From positions 46,500,755-46,564,754 of the forward strand of contig NC_069000.1 of the NCBI RefSeq assembly GCF_001194135.2: a DNA stretch of 64,000 nucleotides. Reading direction: 5' to 3'. A model generated the notes under the pieces. It worked only from the letters and a program-made list of their open reading frames with translations, ran no database searches and was not told the origin of the DNA. The translations under genes and the position numbers were made by a program. This DNA comes from Octopus bimaculoides (lineage: Eukaryota). Positions 36,411 through 49,884 of the stretch are shown in pieces. How positions within the stretch are numbered: position 1 is the stretch's first letter; the number at the start of each line of letters is the position of its first letter.

Positions 36411-37199
36411 TATGTATGTATGTATGTATGTATGTATGTATGTATGTATGTTTTTTGGGGAAATGCATTATGGTATTAGAAGCTGAAACTAAAATGGTTA
36501 ACGAACCGAATTGTGGGAATTCAGATTCGTATTAGAAGAGATACTATTTCATATATTTTACTTCATGTATTGCGTACTTTTACTTGTGTCTACATTCACT
36601 AATGCATATTACATACGAACACACACACACACACACGTACATATACGCACACATACTCACACACACACACATTCTCACGTACTTTTGCAAATAAAGTCGA
36701 TAATCTAAAAACTAAAGAGATAAGCTGATTCTAACATACACACAGTTTACGTTTGAAATTCGCCACCTGCAGCCTTAGAACCACCGGATTCTATGTTTCA
36801 CTTTCGTAGTCACGTGGTTACTTGTGTGTCTCGCAGAAACGCTCATGTTAACTCTTATTGCTCATAGCCACACATGATATATAAACACACACCAATACAC
36901 ACGCACACGTACACACGTATTTATATACACGTGTGTATGTGTGTGTGTGTGTGTGATTGGGATTGCTTTCTTTAACGTGAGCATGATGCTAAACGTCGAC
37001 AGGAAGAGCAGGCAGTAGGTTTCGAACTTGTAACCGTTGCATTACGTCACATATCGGCGGGTGTGCTTTCGCAATCCACGAGAAGAGAGAACAGCAAAAT
37101 ACACAGAAAATCAAAAATCTTCCATAATGTGACCAAAAATACCTTATGAGTAGATGCGTATGTGTGTACGCATTATGTTATGTCACTTATGAGGCCTCT

Positions 37200-37690
37200 C
37201 TTGAGAGCTACTGCTAGCATGGAATCCATTACAACCTATTGCATGGTCCGCCTTTGGCGACTAAACCGGTACCCGCACTAGATTTGCCTGGTGAGGAGGA
37301 TTGCTAGAAACCCGGCAAGACTGAAAACAAAACCTGTCAAAAGGACGGACGAACACAGTGTAGGTTCAACTCTTATCTAGCTATAGCACGGGCCCTCAGA
37401 AATTCCGGAGTTGGGGTCCGGTGTGCTGGAAGACCCGTAGGAGTGAGGTACCCTTCAGTTTTTATTGAATCATGTCTCTAGGTGGTCACTCTGATATTAA
37501 ACCAGATATGCAGGGAATTGCGTTCGACATTTTGGGAATCTTTTGCTTGCACTTGAGATTATGGAGTTCCCATATTCCTGAGTCTGTTACTCATATTGGT
37601 ACTATTTTTGGATCATGTCAATAGGACAGAGAGGGTCTATGAGGTGCCGAGTAATCCTTATTGGACCTAAAATGTTGCACGGGTATTGCT
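37200..37690 (+). mobile_element. Probable RTE LINE 5' UTR and start of endonuclease
   Basis: ggtgaggagg...aaaacctgtcaaaaggacggacgaac motif typical of RTE leaders; degenerate IG(T/W)NV near 37660; same strand as the RT fragments at 38.9-40.1 kb. Confidence 0.45.
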
Positions 37691-37925
37691 GACATTTTAA
37701 CATGGGCAATGCACGACGCCGAGTGTTAAAACACACTGACTGTCCCAGACAGGTGAGACAACTCCGCTTCCAGATGATCAAGAACGATAGATATCAATAT
37801 TTCGCTATTATTTTGGCTCTTCGGTACCATGTACTCGAAATACTTCGAAGCAAAATGAATCGCCGGAATTGGACATTTCTACAAATAGTATGGAGTTTAT
37901 TTGCTGCTGTACTGCGGCGTAGCGC

Positions 37926-37974
37926 ACGAATTAAAGTACGAATTAAAGTACGAATTAAAGTACGAATTAAAAGT
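37926..37974. repeat. 12-bp tandem repeat (ACGAATTAAAGT) x4
   Basis: Three perfect units plus one with a 1-nt insertion. Confidence 0.95.
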
Positions 37975-38927
37975 ATCTCGATTAATGGAGGCATTATCGG
38001 TTGAACATCATGCCACCCAAACAATAATAATCCTCAGATTACCTAAAATTCAAGAAATTGTCTCTGTTTACTCATTTGGATGCGTGGATTTAATATACAC
38101 AGCAACTCTTTGTGGTACCTTATTTTATCGACCACAAGAGGATGAGAAACAAACTTGAGTATCGGTCAGAATTGAACTCTGTATGTAAAGACCTGAAACA
38201 TCTACGGATTCTTCTAATTAAACATAGATAACATAGACATGTAACGAGCTGGATTCGAAACCTCATTTCTTGATCTACTGCTAAATGGGTAACCAATTAA
38301 CCTATTTAGTTTTTGCCAAGCGATCTTCTTGTTTGGTACCCTTATAAGCTTACATCCATCCGTCGCTCCCTCCTTATCTCTATATGTACATAAATAATAC
38401 ATACATACATAATACATACATGTGTATATGCATGCATACACACATATAAATATGTGTGCGTGTGTGTGTGTATATGCACTTTGTTGTCGAAAGATACTTT
38501 TGTAAATCTATCTCTCAGTGAACATACTTCACTGAAAATGCAGTCGGTGCCTATTCTTTTGGCAGCAAGTAGTTATTATATACTGTCTTTAGAATCAATT
38601 AGAGTATAGACATCGCCTGTGAAATCATTAACAAAATTACTGTCTATTTATGTTTTCAACCAATTAATTAATTAGTCTATTTATTATTATTATTAATGAG
38701 TTTGAGTGTTCTGGTCTTCTAAATGATACATTAAATGAAAACTTATAAGGATTTTCGTTTCCTATGTACATGTGAATGCTTGCATCTATGTACTCGTATG
38801 TATAACGTACATATATATATATATTCGTATGTATGCATGTGAATATGTGTGTGTTTGTGTGTGTGTGTGAGAAAGAGAGAGAGTGAGAGAGAGGAGAAGG
38901 AGAGAAAGAGAAAGAGAGGGAGAGAGA

Positions 38928-40100
38928 AAGAGATGCAGCTATAATTACCATCTTCAAGAAGGTAGACAAATCAGTGACAACTACAGAATTGCCTCACGTT
39001 TGTCCAATGCTGGAAAAGTTGTGGTATGAATCCTATTCGACCGACTGAAGCTCTTATCGGTAATTCGCCCAACTGGATCACATTATTTTTTCGATCTTCC
39101 TGAGGCATTATTAATGTGATCTGTACTCACAAACCGTTTTACCCGGCTTTCTTTGATTCTGCAAATCGTCAAGTTCTGAAGAATGCCCTAACTAAACATA
39201 ATTATCTGCAAAATTTCATTAAAACCACGCGGGTTCTTTCGCTGCAACATGAAACCCGAGGAACAATACAAGTTTTTCACAACAGATCCGACTGACGTAA
39301 AATCTGAATTTAGGAACGGTTATGTAATAGCTCCTTAGCTTTTTTCAAGCTTCCTCTCAGCAGGTTTTGAGCTTATTATAGTGTAAACTGCCACGGGGTG
39401 CCCAGATCTCATATTGTGCAGATGGAAAGATAATCAACCTTCGCAGAGTCTGTGCCAGAATAAAGGCCACCACTACATCGGTCATTGAACTTCAGTTCGA
39501 TGTTGCCACAGTTAATGTGGCTTCAATAGAATAATTCCTGATAATCAGCTTTTAAACTGAAGCATATGCGATCGTGTAAAAAAGGAAAGAAAAAAAGAAT
39601 TACATAACAAGCAGGAATCTGGTGAAGCCATTTGGGTGCAGGAACAGAGGGTATAAAATGTAGAGTGCTTTTAATATGTGGTTTGTCACCTCTTACAGAA
39701 CACAGATTCTAAATGTGGAGATTCAGCAGCACATAAAATGTACCAAAGCAATTCTTAATCATTTGACGACGAATGTATGAAGATCATGAGCTGAGACTAA
39801 GGAACAAATTTATGATGTAGAAAGTACTTATGGTGCACAAACGGCAGTTGTCGTAGCCAGGCTTCTATATTGCTCACAATCTCGGGCAAGTTAAAGGCAG
39901 CATTTTCTCCTCACGAGAGATGTTTGATAAAAATTATATGCATTCAGTGAGAGAACGAATGAAATCTGTTAGATCGCTTAAAATATGGAAATCAATGGGA
40001 AATAGGTTTCGCATTACAGAATTCAGTATTACGCCAAGATTTTAAAGAATGCGAGGCTTCCAAAAGGTTGCATTTCCCTGGAGCAGTGTGGTGGAGTGGC
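38928..40100 (+). mobile_element. Decayed RTE-clade LINE reverse transcriptase
   Basis: RDAAIITIFKK..DNYR..LSNAGKVV..ILFDRLK; GKIINLRRVCARIKATTTSVIELQF; EIQQHIKC; frameshifts, stops and an internal insertion. Confidence 0.8.
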
Positions 40101-41274
40101 TGACATATCTTCTATTATATTAGATATAGTCTTGTATATACATCTGCACGACTTTCTTACCACCTCTCTCTATATATACGAATGTGTGTGTATACACACA
40201 CACACATATATAGAGTTCGTGAATGCATACACACATATAATATTTAGTATTTAGTTTGTTTTGGTACAAAAGCTAAAAGTGCTCAATACACCTTTGTATT
40301 AGATTAACATACACTCAGCTGTATGCCAAACGATTCAGCATAACGATCGATCCAGCCATTATTCATATTTTCTTCACATTCTTGTGAAGAGTACACAGCC
40401 GACCATAACTGTTGATCGTACAAAATATTCAGAGACGTTTCTGTCGCTTTGTTTACCTTACACGTAACACACTCACGCTCCCACTCATTCCTCCCGGTAG
40501 AAACACACACGTTGATTATGCAGCGCGGCGGCATGCACAGCGACGATGGTTATGATGATGATGACGATGATATTCACGATTGTCGTGATTACGGCGGTTC
40601 TGATAACTAATATGTTGCTGTTGTTGTTGTTGTTGGTTGTGGTGGTGGGGGTGGGGGCGGGGGTGATAGCGATAGATGGTAAAGGTGACGAGTAGAGGGA
40701 ATGTTGACAGGTAGATGGCGGTGGTGAGGGCTAAAGGTAACGAATGCGTTATTTTTGTCAATATAGCTGCACAGATATTTTGCTGGCATAGAGTACAGAC
40801 AACAGTATGCTGAGGTTCTTTTCACCATATTACACCACTGAAATTAACCCTAAAAATTCTCCCCAACCAATCAACGCACCTTAATGAAACAGAACACCTT
40901 ACAGGTGTCAATGATATTACAACAATGATTGCTAACAAGATTAATAAGAAAATTCAGCAGAATTATTATAGTTTAGAATATAACCATGCCACATATTTAT
41001 GGTGGCTGATATTGCGTCTCAAAAATTATCTCTTTTGTTGAAATATTCATACTCATATATACAAACTTACAGAAACACAGACGCAGTTCAAATAATGTTA
41101 AGGTCTTTGTCTACATTTGTGATTTAATTTCGAAGAATCCAGAGACAAAGAGGAATCATTGAAAAGAAAAGGGTACTGAAGAGATACCATTTGGCGAACC
41201 AATAAATAAATAAGAAGCGAAATACAACCAGTGTGCATGTTTTTATTGACTGAATGACTCTCCCAAAACACCAT

Positions 41275-41310
41275 ATAATAATATTATTATTATTATTATT
41301 AATAATAATG

Positions 41311-41369
<59 letters not shown>

Positions 41370-41470
41370 CCTTTCTATTATAGGCACAAGGTCTGGGATT
41401 TGTGAGGAAGAGGATAGTCGACCACATCAATCACAGTACTTGACCGGTACTTAATTTATCGACTCCGAAA
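41275..41470 (-). mobile_element. SINE family A 3' half, reverse, with (TAA)n tail on +
   Basis: ctttctattataggcacaagg...ggtacttaatttatcgactccgaaag. Confidence 0.8.
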
Positions 41471-41479
41471 GTAGTCCTT

Positions 41480-41986
<507 letters not shown>

Positions 41987-43616
41987 ATTCAAAAGAAACT
42001 CCCACGCATCCACCGCGTTACAGAAACGCCGCATTCGTCACAACATTTCAGTAACGTGGAATTCTGCAACGCGAAGCCTATCTTCTTATTCACTTCCTTT
42101 GACGTCCATGTATACGGAAGTCAACGGGAAGTACGTTCCGCGTTGCAGAATTCCAGGTTAAAGCAATATTTTCAGGAATGCAACGCTTCTGTAACTCAAG
42201 GAATGGTTATATTTTGATAGAATATCTGGGCAGGACTTTAAGAGATTATGGAATGGGAATTAATGGCCATTACTGATGACTAATAACACCAATGTTAATC
42301 ATCAGTGACGGCAGTTGATGGCATTTGTATCCACAGACACAACAGACTATTTCTGCCTTCAGATATGTGAGAGTGTATCTATGCGCGGATGTACGTGTTA
42401 CCGCTGTGCCTTCGTTATTGAAATACCTTGATTCAATCGGTTCCTGAAAATTACACACACACACACACACACACACACATGGTGATGATGGTGATGATGA
42501 TGATGATGATTAAATATCTTCGTGCATAGAATTGAAACAAAAATGTTCTTGTGTTTGTATGTTTTGTGTTTATTCGTTTGGTAATTTCGGTGAGAATCAA
42601 GAGAAAGAGAAGAAAGCAAGAGTTACATCCTTGGTGCCCCGCCGCTACTGTGCCATATTCGCTTGCCAGTGACGGCTAAGGTTTATACATGTGAGTGCGT
42701 TCGTTTTGTGTGTATGCATGTAGGAAATGATGTCCCCTGGTGTGAATGCATCGCGTGTAACATGTGTCTGAGTTACGCAAATGAATGCAACGAATAAATC
42801 CGATTTGAATATAATAAACCTCTCATCTTTATGAGAGACCTCAATAAACGGGGTACATACACATTCTATGTACCCTACTGTACCCTACTTCAGTTATATA
42901 CCTTTGCAATTTAACATTGCAACCGTTGGCTTAAGTACCACCATTCGCCGCTGATGCACGTGCATCCGTGCGTGCGTGTGTGTGTGTGTGTGTTTATTAT
43001 ATATTTATGTATGTGTGTGTATATATATAAATATATATAGATGCATATATGAATGTATGTATATAGATATATATGCATGGATGCATGGATACAGAGGGAG
43101 TGTGGAAAGAGATAGTGCGAGATAGCTGCGTAGATAATGGAGTATATTATTACATACAACCTGTATTTCATAAACAAACTACCACCAACACCATCACTAC
43201 CACCATCATCATCATCGTCGTTATAACCACCACCAACAACAACAACAGCAACAAGAAACCCATCACCACCTCTTCTAGCCCAATACCCTCCACCCTCACC
43301 GCTGTACTACCAATTCCACCACTAATACTACATTCGTCAACACTATCACACTGTCTCTGCTGCCACCACCACCATCACCACTGCTACCAATACTACTACA
43401 ACTATCAATACAAGCATTATTAAAACTACCACCACCACCACCACCACCACTACAAATACCCATCCCCCGTCCTCTCCCTCGCTATCTTCTCATTGACTCA
43501 CTCCTTCCGTAAACTTGTAAAACTTTCCCCCTCATTCGACTCACTCTTTTACCTCTCTGTCTGTTCGTCTTAGCTCTCTGCCTGCCTGCCTGTCAGCCTA
43601 CCTGTCTGTTTGCGTG

Positions 43617-43701
<85 letters not shown>

Positions 43702-44232
43702 ACCGTCGCCATCTTAACGATTGCTGCCCTTCACCATCCCTATACGTGCATCACGCACACTGTTCTCACACTTCTACTCGCTCGCTCACATCTACTCTCT
43801 CTCCCACTCTCACTCCCTCTCCCCCTCTCTCTGTCTCTCTCTCTCTCTGCGCCTTCCATCTGACTGACGTCTCATCTACTGAAATACATCACACTGCTTG
43901 GAGTACCCGTTCAGCTCCTTAAATATCCATGCAGTTACAGACCGCCATCGCGCACCATTTTTAGTCAGAGACGTCGGTTGTCAGTCGTAGCAATCGTGGC
44001 ACATACCATTCCTCAGTTCAACACTCTTCACAAGCTTCTGCTGGACGTTTGGTAGACCGGGGTAAGCCGAACACTAACTTTCTTCTCTTTCTCACGATTT
44101 CCAACAATTTTTCCAAACAAACACAAAACGAACGACAATATCAGTTTCAATTCTATACACAAACATATTCAACCATCATCACCATCAGCATCATCAACAT
44201 CCTCAGCACATTATTACTACTACTACTACTAC

Positions 44233-44269
<37 letters not shown>

Positions 44270-44277
44270 GAAATACT

Positions 44278-44686
44278 GAAATGCTTAGCGGTATTTCGTC
44301 TGCCGCTACGTTTTGAGTTCAAATTCTGTCGAGGTCGACTTTGCCTTTCATCTTTTCGGGGTCGATAAATTAAGTACCAGTTAAACACTGGGTCGATGTA
44401 ATCGACACATCCCCTCCCTCCAAATGACTGCCCTTGTGGCAAACTTTGGAACCATTATTATTATTATTATTATTTATGCGGCGAGCTGGCAGAATCGTTA
44501 GCGCATCGGACAACATGTTTAGCACCATTACTTCCGAGTATTTAAGTTCTGAGTTCAAATTCAGCCGAGGTCGGCTTTACCTTTCATTCTTTTGGGGGTC
44601 GATAAAATAAATACCAGTCGAGCACTCGATTCAATGTAACCGACTAACCCATCCTCCGAAATTTCGTGCTTTGTACCTAGAGCAGA

Positions 44687-44717
<31 letters not shown>

Positions 44718-44941
44718 CCTTGTGCCTATAATAGAAAAGCTCATTATCATTATTGGTGGTGAGCTGGTAGACTCGATAGCCTGACGGGCAAAGATGCTTT
44801 GCCCGTCATTCTGTTCGTCTTTACGTTCTGAGTTCAAATTCCACCGGAGTCGATAGAATAAGTACCAGTCAAGCACTAGAGGTCGATTTAATCGACTTCC
44901 TCTCCCCGGAAATTGCTGGCCTTGTGCCTAAATTTGAAGTC

Positions 44942-44985
<44 letters not shown>

Positions 44986-45215
44986 CATTAATATTGTTGT
45001 CATCATTAAGGCGGCCAGGTGGCAGAGTCGTTAGCGCGCCGGACGAAATGCTTAGCGGTATTTTGCCCGTCGCTACGTTCTGAGTTCAAATACCACCATG
45101 GTCGACTTTGCTTTTCATCCTTTTGGTGTCGGTAAAATAAGTACCAGTTGAACACTGGGGTCGATGTAATCGACTAATCCCACAAAATTGCTGCCCCTGT
45201 GGCCAAATTTGAAAC

Positions 45216-45271
<56 letters not shown>
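44278..45271 (+). mobile_element. Head-to-tail array of four SINE family A copies separated by (TTA)/(AAT)n
   Basis: Copies start ~44278, 44478, 44755, 45009. Confidence 0.9.
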
Positions 45272-45273
<2 letters not shown>

Positions 45274-45879
45274 ATGAGAAATTGTATATGTCTGAATGGA
45301 CGGATTCCGTGAGTCGCTCGTAATGGTTGTGGGACTTACTACCTGTGCCGTGTGGTGGNNNNNNNNNNNNNNNNNNNNNNNNNNNNNNNNNNNNNNNNNN
45401 NNNNNNNNNNNNNNNNNNNNNNNNNNNNNNNNNNNNNNNNNNNNNNNNNNNNNNNNNNNNNNNNNNNNNNNNNNNNNNNNNNNNNNNNNNNNNNNNNNNN
45501 NNNNNNNNNNNNNNNNNNNNNNNNNNNNNNNNNNNNNNNNNNNNNNNNNNNNNNNNNNNNNNNNNNNNNNNNNNNNNNNNNNNNNNNNNNNNNNNNNNNN
45601 NNNNNNNNNNNNTATATATATATATATGTATGTGTATGTGTGTATATGTATGTATGTATGCATGTATGTATGCATGTATGTATGCATGTATATGTACGTA
45701 TGTGTGTGTATATGTAAAAATATACATGTAATGTGGCAGATTAAGTATGATTTGATAGAAATGTATGTATATAGTTGCATGAATACATACGTATATATAT
45801 ACATAAAGAAAATTAGTATATATATATATATGGACATGTGTATGCTATAATATGCATATATATGTATAATTCATATACA

Positions 45880-45914
<35 letters not shown>

Positions 45915-46180
45915 AGAGCTTTGCTCGAAACGTAAAACCACCTTTCGTTCCTTCCTTGAGCGTCTGCTAATACTTTGCATGTACCACGTCCTCGCGTTAT
46001 TGTTATCTTTTTCTTATTTTTTATACACACACACACACTCACACACACACTCACACATACACACATAATGTATTAGTATAAACTGACAGTTCCCTTCACT
46101 CACAAATCTGTGGCTTTGTGTCTTTTACCTTAATATTTGTATAATTACGCTGAAATTATGGCTAATAATCCTTTATTATA

Positions 46181-46214
<34 letters not shown>

Positions 46215-46344
46215 ACGTAAGGGTAACGTTAACCTTGATGTCATTTGAACTCGGAGTGCAGAGAAACGGATCAAATAATGCATTGCATTCCATGCGACTC
46301 CCACACGACTCGCCACTTCGCTTCCTCTATCAGTTAGCAACAAC

Positions 46345-46700
46345 AACAACAACAACAATTTCATCTCAGAATGCAGAGACGGACGAAATGCCGCTAAGCA
46401 TTTTGTCCGACACGCTAACGATTCTACCAGAATAATAGTAATAATTGGGAACAATAACAATAACAAAATCAATAATAATAATAATAATAATTATTATTAT
46501 TATTATTATTATTATGATGATGATGATGATAATGATAATAGTTTCTGATGTGGGTACAAATTCAACAATTTTGAGGGGAGAGGGAGGCTAATTGATTATT
46601 ATCAACCCTATGACTGGAACTTAATTTTATTGATCCTCAAAAGAATGAAAGCAAAATCGACTTCGGAGAGATTTGAACTCAGTGCATAAAGAATGCCACT
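46345..46700 (-). mobile_element. Two reverse SINE family A pieces around a compound AAT/TTA/TGA microsatellite
   Basis: gacgaaatgccgctaagcattttgtccgacacgctaacgattctaccag (head); ggaacttaattttattgatcc...atttgaactcag (body). Confidence 0.75.
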
Positions 46701-47762
46701 CTACACAGATAGAAACAACTGAACGCCATGCCTCTGCTCATCTACCACTATGAGCACTGGGATTCGGTGCTCCCAGAAATCTCCATAAACATCGTTTGAA
46801 TGGGGCGAAACCACAAAAACGTACTTCACTCCGGATATATCTGCCTTAAGTTATAATGATATTCTGGTATCATGTTTACCAAAATCTGCTCATTTTCGTG
46901 TCTTTCGTATCCCAGCCCTATTTGCTCTTCGGTAACTGGTCCATCAATGTAATATCCTTCACACAAAATAAGCATTATTTTCTTCACGAAGTACTGATCC
47001 CTCTTTCGAACGTCTGCGAATTTCATGTCATCTTCACCGCCTTCGTCGTCATCTTTGTTGTAATTTACGCGGTTGTATTTCGGAATCGCCTGTCTTTTCC
47101 GATTGGATATCCCTCTTCCTTTTTCCTGTCTTCTGTTTCTATCACACCACCTCTCATAGTCACAATACGATAGTCTAGTTGGTTGTGTATAATTTTCTAT
47201 AGTAAAAATGACAATAATGTATTAACACTAACAAATTGATACTGCAAAACTAAATAATTATTTTACAGCTAATATTGTTACGCATTTGTATATATGTTAT
47301 AAATGTTATACACGCCGGTATTTCATCTAAGAGTGTTATAGTCACTTTTATATTAATTGCATAAATTAATTTAGTTATTACCTGGTTATCTTTCGCACAA
47401 GATGTTCCGTTTAATGAATTTTACATCAGAACAAGCATTTTCGGCTTAGCTTAAAACGTCGGAGGTATTTGTCACTGAGGGGACCAAATAATTTCGAAAC
47501 TAACGAATTACATTGTCTTAACTATTGAAATATTGAAAATTAAGGTGGTGAGATGTTAATGAATGTAGCTATCCTTCTGTTGCTAATTTGTACAATTGGA
47601 GTGATACAGAACGATTTCTGAAAAGATATTAATAGATTACCAAATAATAATAATAATAGTAATAATAATAATAATAACAACAACAATAATAATAATAATA
47701 ATAATAATAACAACAACAGCAATAATAATAATAATAATAATAACAACAACAACAACAACAGC

Positions 47763-47811
<49 letters not shown>

Positions 47812-47815
<4 letters not shown>

Positions 47816-48185
47816 GAGCACTCAGAGATCGCAAACCTCCGCCAGGGCAACATCAACATCCTCTCAATGATTAGCCGGAGATGATTTCTTTCAATGAGAA
47901 TATCTGAAATAAACTCGATTGACCTCACAAACGAGAATACTAAAAACAAACCCGACCGCTCTCAAAAATTAAGTAAAAAAACCCGGAAAAATAATCCAGA
48001 ATCCTTGTCCAGTACCAGGTTGATCCCAAAATCTAATCAGTTCGTGCCAGTCACGTGGCCAAACATCCCTGAAAGTTTCATCCGAATCCATCCAGCAGTT
48101 CTGGAGATATCTTGTCCATGGACAAACAAACAAACAGACAAACACGACTGAAAACAATACCTCCGCCTTCGCTAAGGCGGAGGTA
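47812..48185. mobile_element. Non-autonomous Helentron/Helitron2-like element inside (AAT)n
   Basis: acctccgcc at 47835-43 recurs in a terminal 12-bp-stem hairpin tacctccgcctt-cgct-aaggcggaggta (48158-85); (CAAA/GACA)n just upstream of the hairpin. Confidence 0.65.
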
Positions 48186-48708
48186 ATAATGATGATTTCA
48201 TTTATTTCCCACCAGGGCGAAGGATAATAACAACCACCACCACCACCACCATCATCGGTTACATAGATACATGCGCATTCTCGCAGATATAGATAGCTGA
48301 ATATATACGTATATGTGTGTTAGTATATATNNNNNNNNNNNNNNNNNNNNNNNNNNNNNNNNNNNNNNNNNNNNNNNNNNNNNNNNNNNNNNNNNNNNNN
48401 NNNNNNNNNNNNNNNNNNNNNNNNNNNNNNNNNNNNNNNNNNNNNNNNNNNNNNNNNNNNNNNNNNNNNNNNNNNNNNNNNNNNNNNNNNNNNNNNNNNN
48501 NNNNNNNNNNNNNNNNNNNNNNNNNNNNNNNNNNNNNNNNNNNNNNNNNNNNNNNNNNNNNNNNNNNNNNNNNNNNNNNNNNNNNNNNNNNNNNNNNNNN
48601 NNNNNNNNNNNNNNNNNNNNNNNNNNNNNNNNNNNNNNNNNNNNNNNNNNNNNNNNNNNNNNNNNNNNNNNNNNNNNNNNNNNNNNNNNNNNNNNNNNNN
48701 NNNNNNNN

Positions 48709-48765
<57 letters not shown>

Positions 48766-49189
48766 GGCACATACATAAGCAAGCACATACATACATGCTT
48801 ACATGTAACTTCCGTCGTTCGATCAACTGAACTATCAACCCTTGTTATAGTATAAATGGCTGTGTATTCCACAGATATTTGTACCCTTAATTCAGTGGCC
48901 ATCATCCCGGGTGGTAGCCCACTTCTGCTTGGGAACGTTGTGGTTTCATTAGGTAGCGTTGTGAGGGTCCTGGATGCTATAAGAGAAGTCGTGTTTTTTC
49001 TCAAAAATAATATATCTTAACCAGATACGATACTTTTAATTTAAACACCTTTTAAAAAAAATCTTCGTCAGGATTTAAATTTGAGTAGGAAGGATATTGT
49101 ATTGTCAATGAGCAGAAACATGACTGACAATGTACCAAGGCCCAATATAATTTCATTATAAAAATCCTCGCCTTCTTTAGTAGTTTAGC

Positions 49190-49247
<58 letters not shown>

Positions 49248-49809
49248 GCAAAAAAATAAAAATTTCCCTTTGTTTTTAACGGTCATTTTTCACAGGAATT
49301 TTCAAAGGCCAGATAGCTGAAGAGNNNNNNNNNNNNNNNNNNNNNNNNNNNNNNNNNNNNNNNNNNNNNNNNNNNNNNNNNNNNNNNNNNNNNNNNNNNN
49401 NNNNNNNNNNNNNNNNNNNNNNNNNNNNNNNNNNNNNNNNNNNNNNNNNNNNNNNNNNNNNNNNNNNNNNNNNNNNNNNNNNNNNNNNNNNNNNNNNNNN
49501 NNNNNNNNNNNNNNNNNNNNNNNNNNNNNNNNNNNNNNNNNNNNNNNNNNNNNNNNNNNNNNNNNNNNNNNNNNNNNNNNNNNNNNNNNNNNNNNNNNNN
49601 NNNNNNNNNNNNNNNNNNNNNNNNNNNNNNNNNNNNNNNNNNNNNNNNNNNNNNNNNNNNNNNNNNNNNNNNNNNNNNNNNNNNNNNNNNNNNNNNNNNN
49701 NNNNNNNNNNNNNNNNNNNNNNNNNNNNNNNNNNNNNNNNNNNNNNNNNNNNNNNNNNNNNNNNNNNNNNNNNNNNNNNNNNNNNNNNNNNNNNNNNNNN
49801 NNNNNNNNN

Positions 49810-49884
<75 letters not shown>

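Noticed and set aside
37926-37974. CRISPR-like array (also 25498-25539, 32095-32185)
   Set aside because: Adjacent tandem units without unique spacers, in a eukaryotic context.
40304-40534. 76-aa minus ORF with protein-like composition
   Set aside because: No convincing acceptor, no recognisable family, and length within chance range.
43981-44067. Inr-like TCAGTC followed by a gtaagc donor (possible + strand first exon)
   Set aside because: No downstream + strand coding exons found, and an equally plausible minus-strand donor overlaps it.
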